Positions 54,992-64,000 of a stretch of 64,000 nucleotides of DNA are shown piece after piece. The notes under the pieces were generated by a model. That model saw nothing but the letters and a program-made list of their open reading frames with translations. It was not told the origin of the DNA and did not search any database. Origin of the DNA: Eubacteriales bacterium (GTDB taxonomy: Bacteria; Bacillota; Clostridia; Christensenellales; Aristaeellaceae). A program made the position numbers and the translations under genes. The DNA is taken from NCBI GenBank assembly GCA_031549905.1, contig JAVBPC010000076.1, forward strand, positions 669 through 64,668, in the 5' to 3' direction. The first letter of the stretch is position 1. Each line of letters opens with the position of its first letter.

Positions 54992-56037
54992 GCCTTTGCC
55001 CCCGCGCCGCCGCGCACGCTGTCGCGCTCCACCAGGTATGAATCCACTGTCACCGATTCTATCTCCTTTTCGGGGTCCGCGATGCGCGCCAGCAGCAGGG
55101 ATACCGCCGCCTCGCCCATGCGCTCTTTCTGGATGTTCACGGCGGTCATCGCGGGGGATGCGTAGCCGCACAGCGAGTTGTCTTCATATGCGATCACAGA
55201 TACATCCTGCGGGATGCGCAGGCCCTGTTCCATCAGGAAGCGGATGGCGCCCATGGCGATCTGCGGGTTGGCGGTGGCGATGCCATCGAACCGCGCGCCG
55301 CGCTGCCACGCTTCGCGCATGGCGTGATAACCGCTTTCGCCGTTGTTGTGTTCGCTGTGGAGCATGTTGGCGCCATCATAGGGCAGCCCGCTTTCTGAGA
55401 GAGCCTGCTTCACGCCGTCCACGCGCAGGTGCGCCGAGCGGAACGATGCAGGGCAGTTCACGAAGCCGATATGCTCATGTCCCCGGTCTATCAGGTAGCG
55501 CATGCACAGGTACGCGCCCTGCGCGGGGTCGGATATGACGGAATCGCACGCCTCTTCCTGCGCGCCAACGGCTACAGTGACGAAGGGGATGCCCGTTTCT
55601 TTCAGCGTGCTGATGAACTTGTCTTCGCAAAAGCCGCCGACGATGAACGCGCCGTCAATCCGGCGGCCGCGGATCAGCTTTGGCATCGCGCCATCTTCTT
55701 CGGATGCGCAGAAATATTCAATGATGACGGAATAATCGCTGCCTGAAAGGGCATCGGTGATACCCCGGATGACGTTCAGCGAGTACAGACCCACGCCGTT
55801 GCCAAAGTCGTAGCTGCTGGAGCGCTTCTGGTCAGACAGCACGATGATGCCAAGGCTGCTCATCACCTTGCGGCTGAGGTTGCGGGCGTTGTTGTTGGGC
55901 ACATATTTGAGCTCGCGTATAACCTTCATGACCTTTTGGCGCGTTTCTTCCTTCACCAGTTCGCTGCCGTTGATGACCAGGGAAACGGTGCTGCGGGATA
56001 CCCCGGCATGTTTGGCGATTTCCCGAATGTTTGCCAC
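54988..56037 (-). CDS. LacI-family transcriptional regulator
   Basis: N-terminal HTH MANIREIAKHAGVSRSTVSLVINGS plus a periplasmic-binding-protein-like sugar-binding domain. GTG start with RBS AGGAG. Confidence 0.85.
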   Translation of the reverse strand: MANIREIAKHAGVSRSTVSLVINGSELVKEETRQKVMKVIRELKYVPNNNARNLSRKVMSSLGIIVLSDQKRSSSYDFGNGVGLYSLNVIRGITDALSGSDYSVIIEYFCASEEDGAMPKLIRGRRIDGAFIVGGFCEDKFISTLKETGIPFVTVAVGAQEEACDSVISDPAQGAYLCMRYLIDRGHEHIGFVNCPASFRSAHLRVDGVKQALSESGLPYDGANMLHSEHNNGESGYHAMREAWQRGARFDGIATANPQIAMGAIRFLMEQGLRIPQDVSVIAYEDNSLCGYASPAMTAVNIQKERMGEAAVSLLLARIADPEKEIESVTVDSYLVERDSVRGGAGAKA

Positions 56038-56067
56038 TTGGGATCATCTCCTGTTAAAAAACTTGGA

Positions 56068-56160
56068 CCGGTCTAAGTTCTGACAAAATAAAAAAGAGAT
56101 GGTATTCTGTTCAAAGTGTCTCAAAATTTATGGCGTCATTGTAATATGGACCAGTCCAAA
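56068..56160. promoter_or_regulatory. Candidate LacI-type operators in AT-rich lacI upstream region
   Basis: Two copies of GGACC(G/A)GTC(C/T) palindromic cores (TTGGACCGGTCTAA about 56075; TGGACCAGTCCAA about 56145) lie in the divergent region between the lacI start and the isomerase gene end. Confidence 0.3.
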
Positions 56161-56177
56161 AGTCAATAGGGGAGGTG

Positions 56178-57002
56178 TTATGTTTTTTTAAGCAGGATGT
56201 ACGCGGCCCGGATCAGGTAGTGGGCGTGCTCCATGCGGAGCGCCATGGGCAGCTTTGAGGCGGCGACTTCGTAGTTGAACACGCCGTCATAGCCGGTATC
56301 CCGCAGCGCGGCCATGATGGCGGGCCAGTCAACCGTGCCCAGGAACGGCAGGCTGTGGTCATCCTTGGTGCCGTAGTTATCGTGCAGGTGCAGCGCTTTC
56401 AGCCGCTTGCCAAGCGCGCGGATGTACGCCCCCTGATCAAACCCCGACAGGTTCGCGTGGCCCACATCGTAGCACGCCGCCGTTTCCAGCCGGTCCACAA
56501 TTTCGCAAAGCACGGCGCTGGGGGTGAAGTGCATGTTTTCCACGCACAACGTGACGCCCTTTTTCCGCGCCGCGTCCCTAAAGGGCAGCAGGTGCTTCAT
56601 CGTGCCCTCAACGGAGGTTGCGCCGGTTTCATCCCGGTAGGGGTGAATCACCGCGTATTTCGCGCCGATGTATTCCGTTGCATCGATGGAAAGGCGCATC
56701 AGCCGGTCGTATTCGACCAGGGTCCCTGCATCCGGCAGGTCATAGCGGTAAAACGGCAGGTGCGTGTGGGAGACGGTTAGGTTGTTGCGGCGGATGGCTT
56801 CCAGCAGCGCGTCCAGGTTCTTTTGCCAGTCGCCATCCAGGATCGGCTCATGGCGGTGCGGTTCCGTGTAGATGGTGGCGCAGAAGTTGACATCCACCGC
56901 GTCGAAGCCCGCATCGCGGAAAAAATCCATCGCTTCTGCCATGGGCACGCGCGGCTGGTCCGGTCTTGCGCTGTACAGCCCGGAGTTGGTTGAAATGAGC
57001 AT
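56178..57002 (-). CDS. Sugar-phosphate isomerase/epimerase (xylose-isomerase-like TIM barrel)
   Basis: Start at MLISTNSG (RBS AAAGGAGG). AP-endonuclease-2/TIM-barrel-like blocks are present (HLHDN, metal-binding E/D/H pattern). Confidence 0.65.
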   Translation of the reverse strand: MLISTNSGLYSARPDQPRVPMAEAMDFFRDAGFDAVDVNFCATIYTEPHRHEPILDGDWQKNLDALLEAIRRNNLTVSHTHLPFYRYDLPDAGTLVEYDRLMRLSIDATEYIGAKYAVIHPYRDETGATSVEGTMKHLLPFRDAARKKGVTLCVENMHFTPSAVLCEIVDRLETAACYDVGHANLSGFDQGAYIRALGKRLKALHLHDNYGTKDDHSLPFLGTVDWPAIMAALRDTGYDGVFNYEVAASKLPMALRMEHAHYLIRAAYILLKKT

Positions 57003-57129
57003 AGGGGTGCCTCCTTTCAGATTTTGCGTGCAGTATAGCAGGATCCGAAAAGGATGGCAACCGCGAAGTGCAACAAAAAAATGCCAAACGCCGGGCATCT
57101 TCCCATGCGTTTGGCGTGGTTTTGCCGAT

Positions 57130-59700
57130 TTACGGAATGATCAGCGCCTGCTTAGCCGCAACAAAGTTATCCACTAGGAAATAGGCCGTTACGGTGCCCT
57201 TGGGCGCATCCTGCTTATCCCAGCGCAGCGTGACGCTTTGCAGCAGCCCGCCTTCACCGGCCGCAACCTGGGTATCGCGCGTGTAATACAGCGCAAGCGG
57301 TTTGCCGTCATTCGCCGTCAGCAGGATGCTGTACACATGCGCATCCGCGGGCAGCGCGCTGCCGGTCAGCGTCACGGAAACGCTCTGCGCGCCGGTAGAA
57401 AACTTTGCTTCGCCCACGCCCTCCACGGGTACCGCGCTTCGGTACTGGCTGATGTTCATGCCGCCGTACGCGCTCATCATGCCGGTGGCAAAATCGCTCA
57501 TGCCCATCAGCTTCAGGCCAAGGCCGTAGTAGGCGATCTCATCGCAGTTCATCTGCGCGGTGACGGCGGCCTGGATGTCGCCCCCTGCAAGCCCGTCCGC
57601 GCGGGCGCTGATGCGGTAGCGCTTGAACGGCATATCCCATGAGCCGATGAAATTGATCTTGAAGCCGTCGTAGTTGTAGAAGGTGAGCAGACCGCCCGTG
57701 TTATCCAGCAGCAGCGGGTAGCGCGCCTGGATCGACGGGTCGTACACCGTTTGCCCGTCCTCCAGCTTGCCGCCGACCACCCACAGCACCGTTTGATCGC
57801 CCCACGCGCAGACCGCGCCCGCCAGGTAGTGCAGCGAATCAAACCCGATCTGGTTGTACGAAGGCAGCATGACGGGGTTGGGCACGGCAAGCCGCTTGAA
57901 CTCAAACACCGTCGCTTCGCCATCCTTTGGCAGCGTGACGGCATACGGCGCGCCGCTGCCCCGAACCGTGAAGGTTTCGGTCTTTTCCGCCGTGCCGGTT
58001 ACCTTGCCGCCCAGCGCCTTCAGGCCGAAGCGGATGAACCCTGTCTTGGCCTTCGCGCTGATGCTTATGGTGAAGTTTCCGTCCGGCCAGGCGGTCTTCG
58101 GGGTGATGGTCACGAACCTGCCGTTCGCGGCCACGGTGATGTCAATCTCGGCAGAGGGTTCGACCGTCACCCGCAAGGATTTCTTATCCAGCTGGGAGGG
58201 CAGCGTTTCGCCGTTTTCGCGGACGAACAGCTGGTATGCGATGGGCTGGTTGGCATCGATTTCGGCGGGGCTGTTCTCTGTCAGCGCGCCAAAGCCGGAC
58301 AGCGCGTACAGCAGCATGCCGTCATCCGGCAGCGTCTCGCCGCCAACGTGCGTGCGCGGGTCTTTCAGCCCTTCTTCGGACAGCGGGTACCCGTACGGCA
58401 TGAAGAAAATTTCGCCGCTTTCGCCCGCGATGTACACGCCGTCAAACCCCAGCGCGGGGGAGGCGTTCAGGTCGTTGCGCTCGCCGTCGATCAGCTGATA
58501 GCTCCATTTCAGCGTACCGTCTGCATTTAGGCAGAACAGCTTGCCTTCGCCGGAACCGAAATAAATGTTGTCAAGCCCATCGACCACGGGCGAGGAGCGA
58601 ATGGGCTCCAGCGTGTCAAACGTCCACAGGATGCGCCCGTCTTGCGGGTCCAGCGCGTACACGGTGCCGTCGGCCGCAGGCTGGATGATCGTGCCATCCG
58701 AAAGGGACGCGGCGCTGGCGTAGATGTGGTCGCCCAGCGCGGTTTTCCACAGCGTTTTGCCGTTTTGCTGTGACAGCGCGCGCAGGTACCCGTCAAAGCA
58801 GCCGACAATGACCGCGCCGTTTGCCTTGCTGCCGCTGAGCATGGGGCTTGATGATACGCTGCCCAGCCCGCCGCGCAGCCACTGCTGCTTCTGCCCGTCA
58901 ATGCTGTACGCGTACACATTTTGCAGCACCTGCGCGCAGGTGCCGAAGAACAGGCGGTCGGTTTCGGCGTTCACCGCCGGGCACGTCCACACCATCTCGT
59001 TGGCGAGGTATGCGGCGGTCTTTTCGCCGGTGGCGCGGTCCAGGCGGTAGACGAGATAGTTATCGTTCGGTGCCAGCAGTGAGCCATCCGGCAGTATGCC
59101 GATGTTCCCCTCAAACCAGCCCAGGTTGTATGTTTTGATGCCGTATTCCGCTTCCACTTCCTGCGGCGTCTGGCCCTGATACGTCCAAACGACCGACCCA
59201 TCGTCGCGGTTCACGGCGTACACCTTGCCGTCACCCGCGCCGAAATACAGCCGCCCGTCATCCGCCAGCAGCGCGCTGGAATCGATGATCTCGCCCGCTT
59301 CCAGCGTCCATTTGATCTGCCCATTAAGCCCGATGGCGTAGAACAGGTGGTCGCCGGAACCGATGTACACGGTGCCGTCGCCATCCACAACGGGCGATGA
59401 AAAGATGCCCTTGCCGGTCTGCACGCGCCAGGGGGTAAGGCCTTCCGTTTCGCGCGGGATCACGGGGCTGCGGCCGGTTTGCATCGCGTCGGCACGGAAC
59501 TTGGCCCACGGGCTTTGCCGGTCCAGCGGCAAAGTGTATTGGAACTCGCCGTCCGCGTACACGGTCAGGCCGTCGCGGCTCAGGTCGTGCGGCGTCAGCG
59601 GCACAAAATAGATGACGTACGCAGCGGCGGCAATGACCGCGAGCGCCAGCAGCGTGTACAGGAACCAGTGCTTCTTTTTGGCTTTGCGGGGGCGTGACAT
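57130..59700 (-). CDS. Membrane-anchored PQQ-like beta-propeller repeat protein with C-terminal Ig-like region
   Basis: An N-terminal basic stretch is followed by a TM (WFLYTLLALAVIAAAAYVIYF). Multiple PQQ/BamB-type repeats are present (GTVYIGSGDHLFYAIGLNGQIKW; DGRLYFGAGDGKVYAVNRDDGSVVW; etc.). 856 aa. Confidence 0.65.
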   Translation of the reverse strand: MSRPRKAKKKHWFLYTLLALAVIAAAAYVIYFVPLTPHDLSRDGLTVYADGEFQYTLPLDRQSPWAKFRADAMQTGRSPVIPRETEGLTPWRVQTGKGIFSSPVVDGDGTVYIGSGDHLFYAIGLNGQIKWTLEAGEIIDSSALLADDGRLYFGAGDGKVYAVNRDDGSVVWTYQGQTPQEVEAEYGIKTYNLGWFEGNIGILPDGSLLAPNDNYLVYRLDRATGEKTAAYLANEMVWTCPAVNAETDRLFFGTCAQVLQNVYAYSIDGQKQQWLRGGLGSVSSSPMLSGSKANGAVIVGCFDGYLRALSQQNGKTLWKTALGDHIYASAASLSDGTIIQPAADGTVYALDPQDGRILWTFDTLEPIRSSPVVDGLDNIYFGSGEGKLFCLNADGTLKWSYQLIDGERNDLNASPALGFDGVYIAGESGEIFFMPYGYPLSEEGLKDPRTHVGGETLPDDGMLLYALSGFGALTENSPAEIDANQPIAYQLFVRENGETLPSQLDKKSLRVTVEPSAEIDITVAANGRFVTITPKTAWPDGNFTISISAKAKTGFIRFGLKALGGKVTGTAEKTETFTVRGSGAPYAVTLPKDGEATVFEFKRLAVPNPVMLPSYNQIGFDSLHYLAGAVCAWGDQTVLWVVGGKLEDGQTVYDPSIQARYPLLLDNTGGLLTFYNYDGFKINFIGSWDMPFKRYRISARADGLAGGDIQAAVTAQMNCDEIAYYGLGLKLMGMSDFATGMMSAYGGMNISQYRSAVPVEGVGEAKFSTGAQSVSVTLTGSALPADAHVYSILLTANDGKPLALYYTRDTQVAAGEGGLLQSVTLRWDKQDAPKGTVTAYFLVDNFVAAKQALIIP

Positions 59701-59798
59701 GGCGGATACCTCACAAAAAATGGTAAATAATCTTCAGAAGATTATACCATTGCCGGTGCAAAAAGAAAACCCGCCCGGTGGCGGGCTTTGGCGCGATG

Positions 59799-61859
59799 TT
59801 ATTGCATTTCGACCAGAGCGCATTCCAGCGGCGCGAGGGGCAGCGCCAGTGTGACGGTTTGACCATCCGAAATGTGCACGGGTACGCCCTTCCAGCGGGC
59901 ATCCGTGTCGGTCAGCGCCTGCGCGGCAATGTTCTTTTGGAAGCATTTCGCGCTGTCGCCCGTCAACAGCAACTGCACTTCGGGCACGGGGTCGGCGCTG
60001 GCGTTGGCAAGGTACAAATACCGCTTCCCATGGGCGGCAAACGCGTACATTGCCAGGTTTTGGTGCCTGGTTGCCAGCATGGGCGCGGCATTTCCCGCCG
60101 CCCTGGCGATCTCCTTGCGCAGCAGCCACGCGCGCAGCCTAAGGAACATGCCGCCGGGGTAGCCATCCTCGCAGATGAAGGGCAGCACAAGCGCGCGCTC
60201 GTTATGCACGGCCATGCCCGCGCCCGCTAGCGTGCGGTCAAAGCGCATCAGGCGGCTCACGATGCGCGTGCCCGGCGCGTAATCGATCAGCACCGCGTCG
60301 CCCAGGAATGTTTGCGCGTTGGCGCGGGGCAGCAGGAAACCCTCTTCAGGCGTCGCGCTTTCTTCATAGCACACCGCGCCGGTTTCGGCCGCCACGCGCT
60401 TTGCGCCCGCAATGCCCGCCAGTTCGCCCAGCCCCAGCGCGTGCAGCGTCAGCGCGGCTTCACCATCCAAAATGACGTAATTGCGCGCGAACAGGCCGCG
60501 CACCTCTTCCGCCGTGAAGCCGCGAAATACCTGCCCGCTGGCGGCCACGATTTGGCCGGAAAGGGCGGCGATGGCAGCGGCGTCATCCCTGCGCACAAAC
60601 GCAAAGGGGATGCCCAGCGTGGAAAACACGCCGCCCCAGAACGTTTCGCGGGGGATGAGTGCGGACGGGTCCGCCACGCCGCCTGCCGTTTCCAGCGCGT
60701 AGGATGCCCTGGGCGACACCAGCACCCGCGCGCCCAGCCGTTCGCCCGCGAAGGCCCCCGACCGGTTCGCCGCCGTAAGAAACGGTTTCAGGCCCGCAAG
60801 GCTTGCCGCGTGGGCGTCCTCGGGCGGGATGCCGGAACCGCCGATCTCAAACAGGTCCATCGTGATGCCGCGAATGTTCAGCGCCAGCGCCAGCTTGATC
60901 TGGAAGCGCGTGAGCGCCAGCGACTTGGTGAACGCCGAAAACGGGAAGTTTTCCAGCTCAGGGTACACCGCGACGTTCGCGGGTCCTACCGCGCGGCAAG
61001 GCATCGATACGGTGTTAAACAGCCACAGGTATTCCTGCGGCGTGCGCTCCAGGTAGGCGGGCAGGTGGATGCGGTGCGGCACATCCGCGCCGTTTGAAAA
61101 TGCGCCGATCAGCGCGTCCCAGTCGCGGCCTTCCGCGCAGTGCACCGACGGATCGGATGACATCAGCCCCAGATGCGTGCCGGGCGAGACTTCATCCATC
61201 GCATGGCGAAGCTTGCGCGCAAAGCCGATCAGGCCGTCGCGGCAGGTATCCAGCCACACCGTGCGCCAGGGATGGGGCTTGCCCGGCGCGGTGATGGCCC
61301 GGACAAATTCCTCGCGGGTGAAGGTGGCACCTGCGCGGCGGCGGTATTCATCCATGTGCTTCTCACAGAAGCAACCGCCCCACTGAAGCGGGGCGTGGTT
61401 GTGGTAGCGGAAGTCATCTTCAATCCAGAAGGTATCGGGCGTAAGCGCGCCGAACCGCCGCACCAGATCCGCGTAATACGCCCGGAACGACGGGCACAGC
61501 GGGCAGGCGGAGATGGTGGATTCGCGTCCGTACGCATCCACCATGCGGGTAAAATTCTGATCAGGAAGCAGCGCGCGGCCCCGGTCGGCGTGGTACAGCG
61601 TCGTCCAGTGGTTGATGGAAAAGGTAGCGCCCGCCTCAGCTATCGCGGGCTTTGCCGCCTCAAGCATGGCAACAAACCGCCGCTGTCTCTCCGCGGTCAT
61701 GTGCCCCTGGCTAACCTCTTCGCCCTCGGTGAACACCGTCACGTCATCTATTTGGGCATCTGAAATAAACCGCTTTAGCGCGGGCAGGAAAGGTTCCGCC
61801 CCGGCCTCCACATCCATGGCAAACCGCAGGATGTATGCGAAATCCGCAGGCTGTTTCAT
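59799..61859 (-). CDS. Hypothetical protein, possibly a carbohydrate-active enzyme (family not recognised)
   Basis: 686 aa with no signal peptide. RBS GGAGGA. It overlaps the downstream esterase gene (ATGA). Its location within a carbohydrate locus is the only functional hint. Confidence 0.35.
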   Translation of the reverse strand: MKQPADFAYILRFAMDVEAGAEPFLPALKRFISDAQIDDVTVFTEGEEVSQGHMTAERQRRFVAMLEAAKPAIAEAGATFSINHWTTLYHADRGRALLPDQNFTRMVDAYGRESTISACPLCPSFRAYYADLVRRFGALTPDTFWIEDDFRYHNHAPLQWGGCFCEKHMDEYRRRAGATFTREEFVRAITAPGKPHPWRTVWLDTCRDGLIGFARKLRHAMDEVSPGTHLGLMSSDPSVHCAEGRDWDALIGAFSNGADVPHRIHLPAYLERTPQEYLWLFNTVSMPCRAVGPANVAVYPELENFPFSAFTKSLALTRFQIKLALALNIRGITMDLFEIGGSGIPPEDAHAASLAGLKPFLTAANRSGAFAGERLGARVLVSPRASYALETAGGVADPSALIPRETFWGGVFSTLGIPFAFVRRDDAAAIAALSGQIVAASGQVFRGFTAEEVRGLFARNYVILDGEAALTLHALGLGELAGIAGAKRVAAETGAVCYEESATPEEGFLLPRANAQTFLGDAVLIDYAPGTRIVSRLMRFDRTLAGAGMAVHNERALVLPFICEDGYPGGMFLRLRAWLLRKEIARAAGNAAPMLATRHQNLAMYAFAAHGKRYLYLANASADPVPEVQLLLTGDSAKCFQKNIAAQALTDTDARWKGVPVHISDGQTVTLALPLAPLECALVEMQ

Positions 61860-63217
61860 GCGTGATCCTCCTCTATCGGCAGGTCAAAAAAGCTCATCAT
61901 AGGAATTTCTGCTTCCGCGCTCACCGGCGGGCTGGCTGGGTTCATCTGCCACTGCGCGTGCAGCTTCGCGCCCGGGGCAAGGGCGCGGGGAAAGCGGATC
62001 AAAATCGCATTCCCCTGGCATGTGTACGATGACGCATCCACCATGCCGCCGCCGTCCTCGGCAGTGAAGGGGTTGCCTTCTCCCGAACCTGCCTGCATGG
62101 GCACGCAGGTCAGCAGATGCACAAGCGCGGCATCCTGCGCGTCACGCCGGGCGCGCACGGCAGGGCTCCATTGCGCGCTGCCTTCCGGCGCAAGCGCCAT
62201 CTCCGCAAGCCTTCCGCCCAGGCGCACGTTGCTTTCGCCATCCAGGTGCGCGGCGTCGAATATGGCAAGGTCCGTGCTGGCTGTCACCCGAACGCCGGGG
62301 ATGGTCAGCGCAGCCCGGCGCTGCGCCTCGCGCACCTTGCCCCAGGAGATGTCGTTTTCCGGGGTGGTTTCCATTGTACATCGGTTGATTTGCACGGTGT
62401 AGAACGGCAGCGCGGGCTGGCCCAGCGCATCCCGCAGGGCGTCCACATAGCGCCCGAACCGCATCAAATAGGTATCACCCTTTTTTTCAAAGGAATCGGC
62501 GCAGCCCTGGTACCACAGCGCACCGGCCACCTTGGGGCAGTGCCGGTGAATGACATCTACGGCCTGCTTAAACAGGCCCGCCTCTTCATCCGGGTCCCAC
62601 TGCCACAGGCCCGCGCCGCCCTTTGCCAGCGGCACCAACCCCACGGGCACGCCCAGCGCCGCCTGCATCCTTTTGCCGAATGCCAGGAACGCGCTGTGGC
62701 CGGGGTTGTTGTTTTCCATGCTGGGGGTCAGCACCGCACAAGTGGTTTCATGCAGCGGATGTGTGGCCAAGTCCCACACACCGCCGGGCTTCAGCGCATG
62801 CACGCCCAGCCGCGGCGGGTCGCTGACCGGCCCCTGATACCGTCCCGCCGCGTTGGACTGCCCGGTGATCAGATAAATATCGCCCACGCCGAAATGCTGC
62901 ACCATATCCCCGCGCGTGACGGACAGGCCGTTCGCGCCGTCGTAAACTAGCTTCGTTTCCAACCTGTACAGCCCGCCCTGCGGTATTTTCAGCGGCAGGT
63001 AGAAGTTCAGGCCGTCCACCACGCAGTCTGCCCAGGGGATGACATCGCTGTTATCATCCTCGCGCACAACGCGGCACTGCACGCGCATTGGGGTGCCGGT
63101 GTCAAGGCCGCTGACGAAAAACCAGCCCGTTACGCGCGCGCGGGCAAAGCCGTCCCGGTCCCTTTGCAATATTTGCCAATTGGATATTTCGCCCGTGATC
63201 ACAGCGCCCTGGCGCAT
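61856..63217 (-). CDS. SGNH-hydrolase, sialate O-acetylesterase (DUF303)-like carbohydrate esterase
   Basis: GQSNAAGR block (the catalytic Ser of the SGNH/DUF303 family) with downstream conserved Gly and Asn blocks. 453 aa. RBS AGGAGG. Confidence 0.6.
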   Translation of the reverse strand: MRQGAVITGEISNWQILQRDRDGFARARVTGWFFVSGLDTGTPMRVQCRVVREDDNSDVIPWADCVVDGLNFYLPLKIPQGGLYRLETKLVYDGANGLSVTRGDMVQHFGVGDIYLITGQSNAAGRYQGPVSDPPRLGVHALKPGGVWDLATHPLHETTCAVLTPSMENNNPGHSAFLAFGKRMQAALGVPVGLVPLAKGGAGLWQWDPDEEAGLFKQAVDVIHRHCPKVAGALWYQGCADSFEKKGDTYLMRFGRYVDALRDALGQPALPFYTVQINRCTMETTPENDISWGKVREAQRRAALTIPGVRVTASTDLAIFDAAHLDGESNVRLGGRLAEMALAPEGSAQWSPAVRARRDAQDAALVHLLTCVPMQAGSGEGNPFTAEDGGGMVDASSYTCQGNAILIRFPRALAPGAKLHAQWQMNPASPPVSAEAEIPMMSFFDLPIEEDHA

Positions 63218-63673
63218 GGGAACACCTCCTGTGGGGTTGCTGAAGGGGCCTCAGCCCCTTCACATTCAATCGTATCGACCGGCTCTGCTTGTATGCCCCA
63301 GCCGCACGCCCTTGGCGGCGGCTGGGCTTCGGGTGGCAAATCAAAGATTTGCTCACCCTCGGTCCGCCCTTCAGGCGGACGCTAGGTCGGGCGGGGAGTT
63401 TTCCGCAGGAAAACATTCCTTTCATGGCCGGAAGGCCATGTACCACCGCAGTGGTTTCTTCCTTTGCGGCGGAAAACCTCAGTTTACCGTCGCACGTCCT
63501 CCCGGTGTGTTTTCTTTGGCCCAATCTAGCAAGATAGGTCATTGTTCTGTTTCTATGCCAACAGTATAATAGATACGGGGATTCATTGGCCGAACTGTAA
63601 CACAATGCGGATAAATCCTCAAGGGAGATTCTTTGCTACTTGCATAGAAATATAGAACACAGGAGCTGTTGTA

Positions 63674-64000
63674 AATGAAAAGGGAAGGATTTCTTGCGAA
63701 ATCCTCTGATGGCGCGATATCTGCGAATTCGCGCCGTCGCTGGATGGTGCGCACGGATATTGAAGGGGCCAGCGGCGTGGTCAGCTATACCCAGGCGGAG
63801 GCCACCGGCCCGGAATATGCCGAAGGCCGCAAGTATTTCATGAGCGATTTGCTGGCGCTGCTGAAAGGCCTTGACGGCGAAGATGTCTATCTGTACGATG
63901 AGCACTTTTACGGGCGCGGGATTGACCTATCGCAATTGCCGCACGGCGTGAAGGCCATCTGCGGCAAGCCGCCGTACCGGCCCGATTGGGCGGGTGGGCT
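63674..64000 (+). CDS. D-aminopeptidase DppA-like (peptidase M55), 5' part; continues beyond window
   Basis: RBS AGGAG lies 10 nt before ATG. The M55-like N-terminal motif RTDIEGASGVV (compare ISxDxEGxxGV). The ORF is open to the window end. Confidence 0.45.

Noticed and set aside
63230-63262. GAAGGGGC-TCA-GCCCCTTC hairpin upstream of the esterase gene as a terminator
   Set aside because: There is no adjacent T-run on either strand. It lies in a promoter region and more likely has a structural or regulatory role, or is incidental.
5683-64000. CRISPR arrays, transposases, integrases, phage genes
   Set aside because: None were seen. The only repeats are the duplicated 55-bp element and the 160-bp inverted-repeat element. 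No short regularly spaced direct repeats are present.

Overview
This 64-kb window looks like a high-GC (about 60%) Firmicutes/Clostridia-type chromosome: RBSs are GGAGG-like, genes are tightly packed and overlapping, and antisense ORFs are long only because of GC bias. I see no rRNA, canonical tRNA, CRISPR array, transposase or integrase. Reading left to right:

- **1-5400:** tail of a cell-wall glycopolymer locus. It holds a Wzx-type flippase fragment, a frameshifted CapD-like remnant, and a coherent CDP-glycerol module (TagF-like, TagD, AsnB-like synthetase domain, Gpr/YghZ-like aldo-keto reductase).
- **5683-16989:** a compact NRPS gene cluster. One 2986-aa synthetase (A-T-C-A-T-C-A-T-R) ends in a thioester reductase and should release a tripeptide aldehyde. 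It is translationally coupled to a MATE efflux pump that carries an unusual C-terminal GHKL-ATPase-like domain, and to an Sfp-type PPTase.
- **17071-25704, minus strand:** a 9-gene operon. It runs DUF697-like, SPFH/band-7 protein, mini membrane protein, YojI/SyrD-type peptide ABC exporter, then an Opp/Dpp-type importer in D-F-B-C-A order.
- **25945-27354:** a self-contained radical-SAM plus 61-aa small-ORF cassette with its own promoter and terminator.
- **27373-32545:** two tandem WYL-domain proteins divergent from rtcB. This is followed by a roughly 270-nt non-coding RNA with its own promoter and terminator carrying tRNA-like D-arm and T-arm motifs (candidate Y-RNA-like tRNA mimic), then a second SPFH gene with a hairpin-rich leader.
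- **32601-44473:** a minus-strand island of secreted proteins. It contains an LRR/internalin-like protein, a serpin with an extra C-terminal domain, three proteins sharing a DUF5050-like module, a DUF3298 protein and a TPR protein, governed by two LuxR-type regulators (one membrane-embedded) and punctuated by a duplicated 55-bp hairpin element.
- **44678-63217:** a carbohydrate-utilisation locus. It holds three FAD-dependent oxidoreductases, an FGGY kinase, a sugar ABC transporter, LacI, a TIM-barrel isomerase, a PQQ-propeller protein and a sialate-O-acetylesterase-like SGNH hydrolase, with a 160-bp MITE-like inverted-repeat element.
- **63674-64000:** start of a DppA-like M55 peptidase.

The most novel candidates are the WYL-RtcB-tRNA-mimic RNA module, the trimodular NRPS-reductase cluster with the MATE-GHKL fusion, and the serpin-centred secretome island.
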